Below are positions 9,902 through 18,591 of a DNA stretch of 64,000 nt, in pieces. The position numbers and the translations under genes were made by a program. A model generated the notes under the pieces. That model was not told where the DNA came from. It did no database searches and saw only the letters and a list, made by a program, of their open reading frames with translations. How positions within the stretch are numbered: position 1 is the first letter of the stretch; the number at the start of each line of letters is the position of its first letter. The DNA is from Bacteroidia bacterium (lineage in GTDB: Bacteria; Bacteroidota; Bacteroidia; M30B66): positions 2,336,001 through 2,400,000 of the forward strand of contig OZ257142.1 of assembly GCA_965279035.1 (NCBI GenBank), in the 5' to 3' direction.

Positions 9902-10456
9902 TCAAGGTAGTAATACCTCGTCAATTACATGGATTACTCCATTTGATGTTGGAATACATGCTGATATTGTTGCTTTACCATTTATAATTATTTTATCACC
10001 TTTTTTAGTAATTGATATTTTACCACCATTTACCATCTCGAAAGATTGACCATCTTGTAAATAGTCAGTTTTCAATACTCCAACGTATGTGTGATACTCC
10101 AATATATTCTTCAAATCTGCTTGATTTTCGGGCTTCAATAAATTATCTAAAGTTCCTGCAGGTAATTTATCAAAAGCTGCATTTGTCGGACCGAAAACTG
10201 TAAAAGGACCTGTAGTGCTCAATACATCAACTAAATCAGCTGCCTTAACTGCAGCAACTAATGTTGAATGATCTTTACTTCCCGATGCAACTTGAACAAT
10301 ATTTGGATCAGATGTTTCATCAACAACAGAAGCTTGTCCATTCGCATTCGAACTAGTATCTGCTTTTTGGTCAGATGTTTTACTTTCTTGATTTGAATTA
10401 CAAGCAAGAAGATTAAGAAGTGCAAAGAAAATGAAGGGAGTAATGTGAGTTTTCAT
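9902..10456 (-). CDS. Fasciclin (FAS1) domain lipoprotein
   Basis: Lipobox LLAC. TLVAAVKAADL, GPFTVFGPTNAAF and NGVIHVIDEVLLP FAS1 motifs. Confidence 0.92.
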   Translation of the reverse strand: MKTHITPFIFFALLNLLACNSNQESKTSDQKADTSSNANGQASVVDETSDPNIVQVASGSKDHSTLVAAVKAADLVDVLSTTGPFTVFGPTNAAFDKLPAGTLDNLLKPENQADLKNILEYHTYVGVLKTDYLQDGQSFEMVNGGKISITKKGDKIIINGKATISACIPTSNGVIHVIDEVLLP

Positions 10457-10500
10457 CGTATAGATTTTTTTAGCAATCTACAGATGACACATTTTCTAGT

Positions 10501-10518
10501 TTATGATTCAAATCACAA
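10501..10518. promoter_or_regulatory. Crp/Fnr-type operator upstream of the fasciclin gene
   Basis: TTATGA ttcaaa TCACAA, the same motif as 8365 and 8388. Confidence 0.65.
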
Positions 10519-10549
10519 TATCAATTCATGAAAAGTGCTCACGCTTAAA

Positions 10550-11140
10550 TTAATAGAATAATTTACGATTAATTATTTCTACTTTTTTTTGTTCCTGCAT
10601 TCGTCTCAATGTTCTTATTACAGTTTCAACTCTTAAACCAGTATGATTGGCAATTTCTTGACGGGTAAAAGGAATTAGAACTCTTTCTTTAATACCATCT
10701 TTTAATCTTAATGAATTTAAAAATCCAAGTATTCTAATTTCCGGTGGATTATTAATAATTTCTCTAGCTGTTTTTGTCTTATTATAAATTCGTTGTGCAA
10801 ACTCAAGTAGAAATACCATTTGGAGATTTGGATTGTCATTTAGTAGTTCATGGAGCTTTCCGGCAGGTAACTTTATAAGTTCGGTATCTTTTAATGCAAT
10901 GGCTGTTGCCGGGTAATTTTCTCTTATAAATAATGGAGGTTCTCCAAAACTGCACCCTTCATAAAATAAACCTTGGGTGAATTCTTTCCCTTCTAGGTTC
11001 ATATTATACATGCGAACTTCTCCTGTAACAATTTGAAAAAACCAACGAGGCAATTCTCCTTCGTGAAATATAATCTCACCTTTTTGGTAGCACTTTCGAA
11101 CAGCACCATATTCAAGCAATAAATCACAATCCAACTTCAT
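10550..11140 (-). CDS. Crp/Fnr family transcriptional regulator (non Fe-S type)
   Basis: cNMP-like domain (IFHEGE, G.V.M, FGE, YPATA.A) and HTH TRQEIANHTGLRVETVIR. No Fnr cysteine cluster. Confidence 0.92.
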   Translation of the reverse strand: MKLDCDLLLEYGAVRKCYQKGEIIFHEGELPRWFFQIVTGEVRMYNMNLEGKEFTQGLFYEGCSFGEPPLFIRENYPATAIALKDTELIKLPAGKLHELLNDNPNLQMVFLLEFAQRIYNKTKTAREIINNPPEIRILGFLNSLRLKDGIKERVLIPFTRQEIANHTGLRVETVIRTLRRMQEQKKVEIINRKLFY

Positions 11141-11579
11141 AGGTAAAAAATTAACACACCAGCATATGAATAATGTGTGATTTATTAAACAACTCTAAAA
11201 ATATATATCTTAAATGGAACTATAATCTCGTTCATCACATTTTAACCAATTTCCCTATACTGTTTATCCTTCCTACTAAGCAATTATATTTTATAACGAT
11301 ATGGTGTTTTTAAGCTTCTCTAAGATGATACAAGATGCATAAAAATCCAAATTTATATGCGATACCTCAATCGAAGTTATTTAGAACAATTTCATAATCT
11401 TGAAATCATTATGTTTTTAATGGAAGTTTCGAAATTAAGATTGTTTCAAATCCTCTGAAGAAGACAGCCCTGCACATAATTGGGGCAATTATTACCACAT
11501 TGACCAACAATTAAACAAGGGCATTCCCTTAAAATGAAATCGTAAATGCATTTTTTGACTTGTTTGAAAAGCCGTAATA

Positions 11580-11615
11580 AAAAAAAAGAGACTGAATTTA
11601 ATTCAGCCTCTTTTT
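11580..11615 (-). terminator. Intrinsic terminator
   Basis: On the minus strand GAGGCTGAAT-taa-ATTCAGTCTC followed by a long U-run. Confidence 0.8.
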
Positions 11616-11638
11616 ATGTTGTGGTTTATGATGATCGA

Positions 11639-12454
11639 CTATCGTAAAATAGTGAATTTGCTCGTTGATTGATTTTTTGAATCATTCAACTTGATTATAT
11701 AAGTTCCTTCAGACAACTGGCTGATATCAATAGTTAAAACTTGATTTCCACTAGCAGTGATTTTTTCGCTGTGAACTAGTTGACCTGTAATTGTATAAAT
11801 GCTTGCTAACATCAGTTCATTTGAAGTTGATTGAACACGAAGATTCAACACATTGGAACTTGGATTTGGGTAAACAGATTGAATCGTGTTTGATGCTTCT
11901 TCGATACCATTAATACATGGTGTAGGAGTAAGTACACCAGATGGAAAAACAGCTTCGATATCCGCCACGGTAGAAATTGGCCAAATATCAATGTTAATGA
12001 ATTTATTATCTGGTCCAATGAGAACGATTGTTGGGTATGCACCTGGTCCAAAAGTATTTCCAATGGTACTTCCACCTTCAGTTCCAATCCATGTTGGATA
12101 AGAATCTTCCCCATTAATTCCTGCTTGAGAATCGAACGATTCTAAAGTTGTTAAAGTTCCAGCTGCATCCGATTCATTCCCAAGAACAACTACATTCACT
12201 CCATTACACCCATATTTCTTGTAAAACGCATCAATCTTTGGTGCTGTATTCATGCATGGACCACACCAATAAGCAAAGAAATCAATGATTACATATTTTC
12301 CTTGAGATGTATAGGTATACAAATCATGCGTATTCCCATGGGTGTCTGTAGCTGTAAAGTTGGGCGCAGTTTGACCAACACTGAAATTTTGAAGTTGTGC
12401 TGAGGCATTGATACTTAATATGACTCCTGCTATAATCGCGTAGATTTTTTTCAT
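11639..12454 (-). CDS. T9SS-secreted TlpA/thioredoxin-like (redoxin) protein
   Basis: Signal peptide ASAQ, APNFT, DFFAYWCGPC. C-terminal YPNP...G.YIIKL...K T9SS type A sorting domain. Confidence 0.85.
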   Translation of the reverse strand: MKKIYAIIAGVILSINASAQLQNFSVGQTAPNFTATDTHGNTHDLYTYTSQGKYVIIDFFAYWCGPCMNTAPKIDAFYKKYGCNGVNVVVLGNESDAAGTLTTLESFDSQAGINGEDSYPTWIGTEGGSTIGNTFGPGAYPTIVLIGPDNKFINIDIWPISTVADIEAVFPSGVLTPTPCINGIEEASNTIQSVYPNPSSNVLNLRVQSTSNELMLASIYTITGQLVHSEKITASGNQVLTIDISQLSEGTYIIKLNDSKNQSTSKFTILR

Positions 12455-12672
12455 GAAGAAAGGTTGATTTGAATAAGCAATTTAAAAAGAAATTTGTTTT
12501 GAGAGACTGATATACTTCATTTTATTAATTTCACTCAAGCTTTTTTAGTTAAAATTTTGCAGATTGATAAATTTTAGGCCGAAATATTAAACACTTGAAT
12601 GGTAAAAAGAAGAAAAGGGGATCAATCCACTAAAAAAAGTTGGACATCCATGTGTCTCAGGCTTTTCTTTCT

Positions 12673-12680
12673 TAGATTTG
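12673..12680 (+). promoter_or_regulatory. Bacteroidota -7 promoter box (TAGATTTG) for pdhB
   Basis: Matches TAnnTTTG 21 bp upstream of the ATG. Confidence 0.65.
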
Positions 12681-12701
12681 CCACCGTTTGAAATCAAAAC
12701 T

Positions 12702-13685
12702 ATGAGAACAATACAATTCCGTGAAGCTTTACGTGAAGCACTAAACGAAGAAATGCGTCGTGATGAACGTGTCTTTTTAATGGGTGAAGAAGTAGCCGAA
12801 TACGATGGTGCTTATAAAGTGAGTCAAGGTATGCTCGCCGAATTTGGTCCCAAACGCGTAATCGATACTCCCATTGCGGAATTAGGTTTTGCTGGAATTG
12901 GAGTAGGGGCAGCTATGAATGGCTTACGTCCTGTAATTGAATTCATGACGTTCAACTTTTCACTTGTAGCCATCGACCAAGTAATTAATTCTGCTGCTAA
13001 AATGATGTCGATGTCGGGCGGACAATTTACCGTTCCAATCGTATTTCGCGGTCCAACTGCTTCGGCTGGCATGTTGAGTTCACAACACAGTCAGGCTTTT
13101 GATAATTGGTACGCCAACACTCCAGGATTAAAAGTGATTGTTCCATCGAATCCTGCTGATGCAAAAGGATTGCTCAAAAGTGCTATTCGCGACAACGATC
13201 CAGTTATTTTCATGGAAAGTGAGCAGATGTATGGTGATAAAGGGGAAGTTCCTGAAGGTGAATACCTCATTGAAATTGGGAAAGCCGATATCAAACGTGC
13301 AGGTACAGATGTGACTATTGTTTCCTTTGGAAAAATCATGAAAGCCTGTTATTTAGCTGCCGATGAGCTAGAAAAAGAAGGTGTTTCTTGCGAAATTATC
13401 GACTTACGCACCATTCGTCCGATCGACTATGCAACGGTTATAGAATCGGTTAAAAAGACCAACCGTTTGGTTATTGTTGAAGAAGCCTGGCCTCTTGGAA
13501 GCATCGCCACCGAAGTAACATTCAAAGTTCAAAAAGATGCATTCGATTACCTCGATGCTCCAATTCTTCGTGTTACTTCTGCTGATGTACCGCTTCCTTA
13601 TGCACCAACACTTATTGAAGCAGCTCTGCCGAATCCAAGCAAAATCATTGCAGCTGTAAAGCAAGTAATGTATACAGCTAAATAA
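12702..13685 (+). CDS. pdhB: Pyruvate dehydrogenase E1 beta subunit
   Basis: MGEEVAEYDGAYKVS, DTPIAE.GFAG, EFMTFNF, HSQ, DLRTIRP. ATG at 12702. Confidence 0.95.
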   Translation: MRTIQFREALREALNEEMRRDERVFLMGEEVAEYDGAYKVSQGMLAEFGPKRVIDTPIAELGFAGIGVGAAMNGLRPVIEFMTFNFSLVAIDQVINSAAKMMSMSGGQFTVPIVFRGPTASAGMLSSQHSQAFDNWYANTPGLKVIVPSNPADAKGLLKSAIRDNDPVIFMESEQMYGDKGEVPEGEYLIEIGKADIKRAGTDVTIVSFGKIMKACYLAADELEKEGVSCEIIDLRTIRPIDYATVIESVKKTNRLVIVEEAWPLGSIATEVTFKVQKDAFDYLDAPILRVTSADVPLPYAPTLIEAALPNPSKIIAAVKQVMYTAK

Positions 13686-13756
13686 GTAGAATACATTCAT
13701 TATCAACGTGTAATAAGCTTGATTGGGCGGAACGTTTTTCCACTCAATTATTCTTG

Positions 13757-13764
13757 TATTTTTG
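13757..13764 (+). promoter_or_regulatory. Bacteroidota -7 promoter box (TATTTTTG) for hppA
   Basis: TAnnTTTG match upstream of ATG 13811, just after a hairpin at about 13720-13750. Confidence 0.6.
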
Positions 13765-13810
13765 CGCTCCCATTTTCTATTGTTAAGAAACGTTAAATCT
13801 AAAATCTCAT

Positions 13811-16222
13811 ATGGAGAACTTCATTTACATCATTCCTGCTCTAGGCGTGATTGGCTTAATCTGGATGGCAATTCAGTCTGCTTGGGTTAGTAAACAAGAT
13901 GCTGGCGATGCCAAAATGCAAGAATTAGCTGGCTACATTGCCGACGGTGCCATGGCTTTCCTTAAAGCTGAATGGAAAGTGTTAAGCTTTTTCGTCGTTT
14001 TTGTTGCTATCCTATTAGCTTATTCAGGAACCATTCATGAAGTAAACGGTAAAGAGATTCACTCTAGTTGGATCATTGCAATTGCCTTTGTTATCGGTGC
14101 TGTTTTTTCAGCTACAGCCGGTTATATCGGAATGAAGGTGGCTACAAAAGCAAACGTTCGTACCACACAAGCCGCTCGTACTAGTTTAAAGCAAGCATTG
14201 AAAGTATCATTCACCGGAGGAACTGTGATGGGCTTAGGTGTTGCCGGTTTAGCAGTGCTAGGTTTAGGTGGATTATTCATCGTATTCCTTAGCATTTTCG
14301 CTGATCTTGGAGTTAATACCATTAAAACATCCATCGAAGTATTGACCGGTTTCTCTCTTGGAGCTGAGTCAATCGCATTATTTGCTCGTGTTGGTGGTGG
14401 TATCTATACCAAAGCTGCCGATGTAGGAGCCGACTTAGTAGGTAAAGTAGAAGCAGGAATTCCAGAAGATGATGTACGTAACCCAGCAACTATTGCCGAT
14501 AACGTAGGTGATAACGTAGGTGACGTTGCTGGTATGGGTGCCGATTTGTTCGGTTCATATGTAGCAACCATTTTGGCTACCATGGTATTAGGTCAAGAAA
14601 TTGACGCAAGCACTGATAAATTTGGTGGAATGTCGCCAATCCTTTTACCGATGTTGATTTGCGGTTTAGGAATTATTTTCTCCATCATTGGAACTTGGTT
14701 CGTAACCATTAAGGATGATAAATCGAACGTTCAAAATGCATTGAACTTAGGTAACTGGTCTTCAATGTTAATTACTGTTGCAGCTTCTTACTTTATAGTA
14801 ATGTGGATGCTTCCTGAACATTTAAGTCTTCGTGGATATGAATTCACCAACATCAACGTATTTTTTGCAATCGTAGTTGGAACTGTTGTAGGTGCTGTAA
14901 TGAGTATCGTTACTGAGTATTACACTGCAATGGGTAAAGCTCCGGTTAACTCCATTATTCAACAATCTTCTACTGGACACGCAACCAATATAATTGGTGG
15001 TTTATCAGTAGGGATGAAATCAACAGTGATTCCAATTATCACCTTAGCTGCTGGTATTATGGCTTCTTACCATTTTGCTGGATTATATGGTGTAGCAATC
15101 GCTGCTGCTGGTATGATGGCAACTACAGCTATGCAATTAGCTATCGATGCTTTCGGACCGATAGCGGATAATGCTGGTGGTATTGCTGAGATGAGTCAAC
15201 TTCCTCCAGAAGTTCGTGAGCGTACAGATAATTTAGATGCTGTTGGTAACACAACTGCTGCAACTGGTAAAGGTTTCGCGATTGCTTCTGCTGCCTTGAC
15301 TTCTTTAGCACTTTTCGCTGCTTTCGTAGGTATTGCAGGTATTTCAGCAATCGATATTTACAAAGCTCCTGTATTGGCTGGTTTGTTTATCGGTGGTATG
15401 ATTCCTTTCATTTTCTCAGCATTGTGTATTCAAGCTGTTGGTAAAGCTGCCATGGACATGGTTCAGGAAGTTCGTCGTCAGTTCCGCGAAATTCCAGGTA
15501 TCATGGAATATAAAGCAAAACCTGAGTATGAGAAATGTGTTGCTATTTCGACCAAAGCTTCTATCCGTGAAATGATGTTGCCAGGTGCTATTGCTATTGT
15601 AACTCCAGTATTAGTTGGTTTCGTTTTCGGACCTGAAGTTTTAGGAGGTTTATTAGCAGGTGTAACTGTATCGGGTGTATTGATGGGGATTTTCCAATCA
15701 AACGCAGGTGGTGCTTGGGATAACGCTAAAAAATCGTTCGAAAAAGGAGTGATGATTAATGGCGAAATGTTCTACAAAAAATCAGAACCACATAAAGCAT
15801 CTGTAACGGGTGATACTGTAGGTGATCCATTTAAAGATACTTCTGGACCATCCATGAATATCTTGATTAAATTGATGAGTATCGTTTCGTTGGTTATTGC
15901 TCCTTACATCGCTGTAGTTGCTACAACGAACAAAGATGAAGCTTGCATGCCAGGTGCTTGTAACCATGAAATGATGGAAGCTCATTGCAAAGAATCAGGA
16001 GTTTGTGCTGCAACTGGAAAAGCCTGTACTTGGAATGATTCTACAAACACATGTGCTCATAACGACGGAACCGTTTGCAACGAAATGAACGCTGCCGGAG
16101 CAAAAGCATGCTGCACACCAGAAGGTGAAATGCAAGCTGAATGCAAATCAGGTGAGAAAAAAGATTGCTGCAAAGAAGGCGCTGAAGCTGCAACAGCTAA
16201 AAAAGATTGCTGCAAAAAATAG
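13811..16222 (+). CDS. hppA: K+-dependent membrane-integral ion-translocating pyrophosphatase with a Cys-rich C-terminal tail
   Basis: [35 protein letters not shown] (Ala form = K+-dependent), [10 protein letters not shown]. Confidence 0.96.
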   Translation: MENFIYIIPALGVIGLIWMAIQSAWVSKQDAGDAKMQELAGYIADGAMAFLKAEWKVLSFFVVFVAILLAYSGTIHEVNGKEIHSSWIIAIAFVIGAVFSATAGYIGMKVATKANVRTTQAARTSLKQALKVSFTGGTVMGLGVAGLAVLGLGGLFIVFLSIFADLGVNTIKTSIEVLTGFSLGAESIALFARVGGGIYTKAADVGADLVGKVEAGIPEDDVRNPATIADNVGDNVGDVAGMGADLFGSYVATILATMVLGQEIDASTDKFGGMSPILLPMLICGLGIIFSIIGTWFVTIKDDKSNVQNALNLGNWSSMLITVAASYFIVMWMLPEHLSLRGYEFTNINVFFAIVVGTVVGAVMSIVTEYYTAMGKAPVNSIIQQSSTGHATNIIGGLSVGMKSTVIPIITLAAGIMASYHFAGLYGVAIAAAGMMATTAMQLAIDAFGPIADNAGGIAEMSQLPPEVRERTDNLDAVGNTTAATGKGFAIASAALTSLALFAAFVGIAGISAIDIYKAPVLAGLFIGGMIPFIFSALCIQAVGKAAMDMVQEVRRQFREIPGIMEYKAKPEYEKCVAISTKASIREMMLPGAIAIVTPVLVGFVFGPEVLGGLLAGVTVSGVLMGIFQSNAGGAWDNAKKSFEKGVMINGEMFYKKSEPHKASVTGDTVGDPFKDTSGPSMNILIKLMSIVSLVIAPYIAVVATTNKDEACMPGACNHEMMEAHCKESGVCAATGKACTWNDSTNTCAHNDGTVCNEMNAAGAKACCTPEGEMQAECKSGEKKDCCKEGAEAATAKKDCCKK

Positions 16223-16258
16223 TATTAAGTACAAAGTAGAAAGTACAAAGTAGAAGAT
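16221..16258 (+). repeat. 7-bp-period tandem repeat (AGTAyAA/AGTAGAA-like), left part of an array split by the IS
   Basis: AGTATTA AGTACAA AGTAGAA AGTACAA AGTAGAA GAT; the phase continues after the IS as (GAT)ACAA AGTACTC. Confidence 0.7.
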
Positions 16259-16306
16259 TGTCCGTGACTGAAATAGGTTGACCAAAATCAACTTAAAAAA
16301 CGGGAC

Positions 16307-16729
16307 ATGAAAAAGCATTTAAATCGCAAAGAAGTAATTCGGCCACGAAGAGTTTTTAGTGAAGAATTAAAGCGTCAAACAGTTAAGGATATTGAATCCG
16401 GAGTGGCTTCAGTATCTAAAGTAGCCCAGGAACTAGGAGTAACAATAACTTCAGTTTATCGATGGATTTATCAATATAGTCGATATTTGAAGAGAGGAAA
16501 AATCTTAGTAGTGGAAGTGCAAAGCGAATCATACAAAAGCAAAGAGCTTGAGCAGCGCATCCGTGAATTGGAAGCCGCATTGGGCCGAAAACAGATGGAA
16601 CTTGATTTATTGAGCAAGGTCATTGAGTTAGCAAATGAGGAGTTCCAAACTGATTTAAAAAAAAATTTATTAAACCAGCCTTACTCTGGTTCCGATCCAC
16701 AAAAGGACAAAAGCACGGGTACAAAATGA
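16307..16729 (+). CDS. IS3-family transposase OrfA (HTH plus leucine zipper)
   Basis: RVFSEELKRQTV...VAQELGV..TSVYRW HTH followed by the coiled coil LEQRIRELEAALGRKQME. Confidence 0.92.
   Translation: MKKHLNRKEVIRPRRVFSEELKRQTVKDIESGVASVSKVAQELGVTITSVYRWIYQYSRYLKRGKILVVEVQSESYKSKELEQRIRELEAALGRKQMELDLLSKVIELANEEFQTDLKKNLLNQPYSGSDPQKDKSTGTK
16655..16665 (+). other. Probable -1 programmed frameshift site (A9) producing OrfAB
   Basis: T TTA AAA AAA AAT in orfA. The -1 frame opens right after the TGA at 16651 and runs stop-free into orfB. Confidence 0.7.
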
Positions 16730-17592
16730 AGAGTCTGTTAGAAGTGGCAGGCCTTAGTAAGCAAGCACTTTGGAAGAGTGAAAGACGAAGTCGCGACCAA
16801 TTAAAGGTGGAAGAAAGTATCGTTCGTTACATATCAAAAGTGCGTCATAATCATCGCCAAATGGGTTGTAGAAAGATCTATTTTATGGATCCACAACGCC
16901 ATCCAATAGGTAGGGATGCTTTTGAGCGGATTGGTTTTAGGTACGGATATAAGGTTAAGAAGAAGAGAAATCCAATACGAACGACTTGGTCTCAACGCGT
17001 TGAGATATATGACAATCTGATAAATGGAATAACGATTAATGATGTGAATATGCTTTGGCAATCTGACATATTTTATCTCGATGTAGAGCATGCACATCAT
17101 TATGGAATCTGTATTGAAGATGTCTATTCAAGGCGCTTATTAGCTCTACATCTGTCTCCAAGCTTAAGAGCGGAGGAAAATATCAAAGCACTTAGAAAAG
17201 CCTTTAAAATAAGGAAAGGGCACGATTTAGATAATTGCATTTTTCATTCTGATCGAGGTTCACAATACATCAGCACGATGCATAAAGAGATGCTAAAAAG
17301 CAAAGGAATACGAATCAGTATGGCGTCAATAGCACAAGAAAATGCTTATGTTGAACGAATAAATGGCATCATAAAAAACGAGTACTTACTTCAATGGAAT
17401 CTAACCAAAAGCAATCTCAATGAGATGGCAAAAAAGGCAATGGATCTTTACAATAATGAACGACCACACAGTGAATTAGGCATGCTAACACCTACTGAAT
17501 ATGAAAAAGTGAATAACCAAAGAAATCAAAATCCTTCTATGACCATATATAACTGGAATTCAGGAAATATCAACAGAAATACAACTTCTTAA
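16726..17592 (+). CDS. IS3-family transposase OrfB (DDE integrase core)
   Basis: WQSD, FHSDRGSQY, ENAYVERINGIIKNE, YNNERPHSEL. Confidence 0.95.
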   Translation: MKSLLEVAGLSKQALWKSERRSRDQLKVEESIVRYISKVRHNHRQMGCRKIYFMDPQRHPIGRDAFERIGFRYGYKVKKKRNPIRTTWSQRVEIYDNLINGITINDVNMLWQSDIFYLDVEHAHHYGICIEDVYSRRLLALHLSPSLRAEENIKALRKAFKIRKGHDLDNCIFHSDRGSQYISTMHKEMLKSKGIRISMASIAQENAYVERINGIIKNEYLLQWNLTKSNLNEMAKKAMDLYNNERPHSELGMLTPTEYEKVNNQRNQNPSMTIYNWNSGNINRNTTS

Positions 17593-17750
17593 CAAAGAAA
17601 AAAGAACCAAAAAAGAAACTTAAAACAACAAACAATAAACTACTTTAACAAAGTAGAAAGTGATAATAAAAAGTCAACCTATTTTAGGCAAGGACAGATA
17701 CAAAGTACTCGATCATGTCTTAATACATAATACGTAATACATAAAACTTG

Positions 17751-17784
17751 AAAAAGGGCTTTCCAGCGATGGAGGGCCTTTTTT
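17751..17784 (+). terminator. Intrinsic terminator, originally downstream of hppA
   Basis: GGCTTTCCA-gcga-TGGAGGGCC stem with G-U pairs, followed by a T-run. Confidence 0.75.
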
Positions 17785-17829
17785 GTTTTTGGGTGGACTT
17801 CTTTAATAAAGTAGTTTCGTTTCAGGATT

Positions 17830-18591
17830 ATGAAAAACGCCTCTCAGCCTTTTGCGCAAATCACCATTCCAAGTCCTTGTCGGGAAGATTGGACGGAGAT
17901 GGAATTGACTGATTCGGGAAGGTTTTGTAGTCAATGCAAAAAGTCGGTGATGGATTTTACCCATTTTAAGGATCAGCAACTGCAGGAATATTTAGAGCGG
18001 AATCGACGTGCACACATATGTGGACGAATTCCCATTTCAATGTTGAATAAGCCTTTAGATCTTCCTACTGTAAAGCAGCGATATTCAGGCTGGTGGGTTT
18101 GGGCGGCACTTGCTGGCAGTGGTTTGACACTTCAAGCTCAAGTGGAAGCTGAAATGGTTCAGGTAGAAGATCAAAACACGGATATTGAATTATCAATTCT
18201 TGTTGAAGCAGATTCTGGTTTTATTCACGTGAAGGGATTTATTGAAGATAAGGTGACAAGTGAGCGCTTGCCGTTCGCAATTTTAGACGTCTATCGGAAA
18301 AGTTTTAAATGTGTTACAGATGTGAATGGTGAATTTGATTTGAAAATCCCAGCCAATCTAAAATCAGATGAAAAAATTGATATCACTATTTCATATGTGG
18401 GTTATCAAACGAAACATTTCGATTTCGTATTTGCACAGTTAATTGCATTAGAAGGTTCTGCTTTAAAACTCCAATTGGATTTATCAGAGAATATCATCAT
18501 TGGTGAAGTCATTTATGTAAGACCGCCTTGGCATAAACGAGTGTTGTATAAAGTGAAACGGATTTTCAAACACAAACGTCATGAAATCTAA
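17830..18591 (+). CDS. Membrane protein with N-terminal four-Cys motif and carboxypeptidase-regulatory-like domain
   Basis: IPSPC.EDW..M......RFCSQC.KSV.DF...CGR, one TM/signal segment, then VKG...D..T.E.LPFA...TDVNGEF...ISYVGY. Confidence 0.75.
   Translation: MKNASQPFAQITIPSPCREDWTEMELTDSGRFCSQCKKSVMDFTHFKDQQLQEYLERNRRAHICGRIPISMLNKPLDLPTVKQRYSGWWVWAALAGSGLTLQAQVEAEMVQVEDQNTDIELSILVEADSGFIHVKGFIEDKVTSERLPFAILDVYRKSFKCVTDVNGEFDLKIPANLKSDEKIDITISYVGYQTKHFDFVFAQLIALEGSALKLQLDLSENIIIGEVIYVRPPWHKRVLYKVKRIFKHKRHEI

Larger units (their letters stand above)
16259..17696 (+). mobile_element. IS3-family insertion sequence, 1438 bp, apparently intact
   Basis: 24-bp imperfect terminal IRs TGTCCGTGACTGAAATAGGTTGAC and GTCAACCTATTTTAGGCAAGGACA (3 mismatches), TG...CA ends, 3-bp target duplication GAT at 16256-16258 and 17697-17699, orfA/orfB layout. 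Confidence 0.95.

Noticed and set aside
1344-11140. nos region as a horizontally acquired island (looks more AT-rich by eye)
   Set aside because: No integrase, tRNA or flanking direct repeats seen, and GC content could not be computed.
12702-13685. pdhB without adjacent pdhA/pdhC
   Set aside because: A split pdh arrangement is usual in Bacteroidota.
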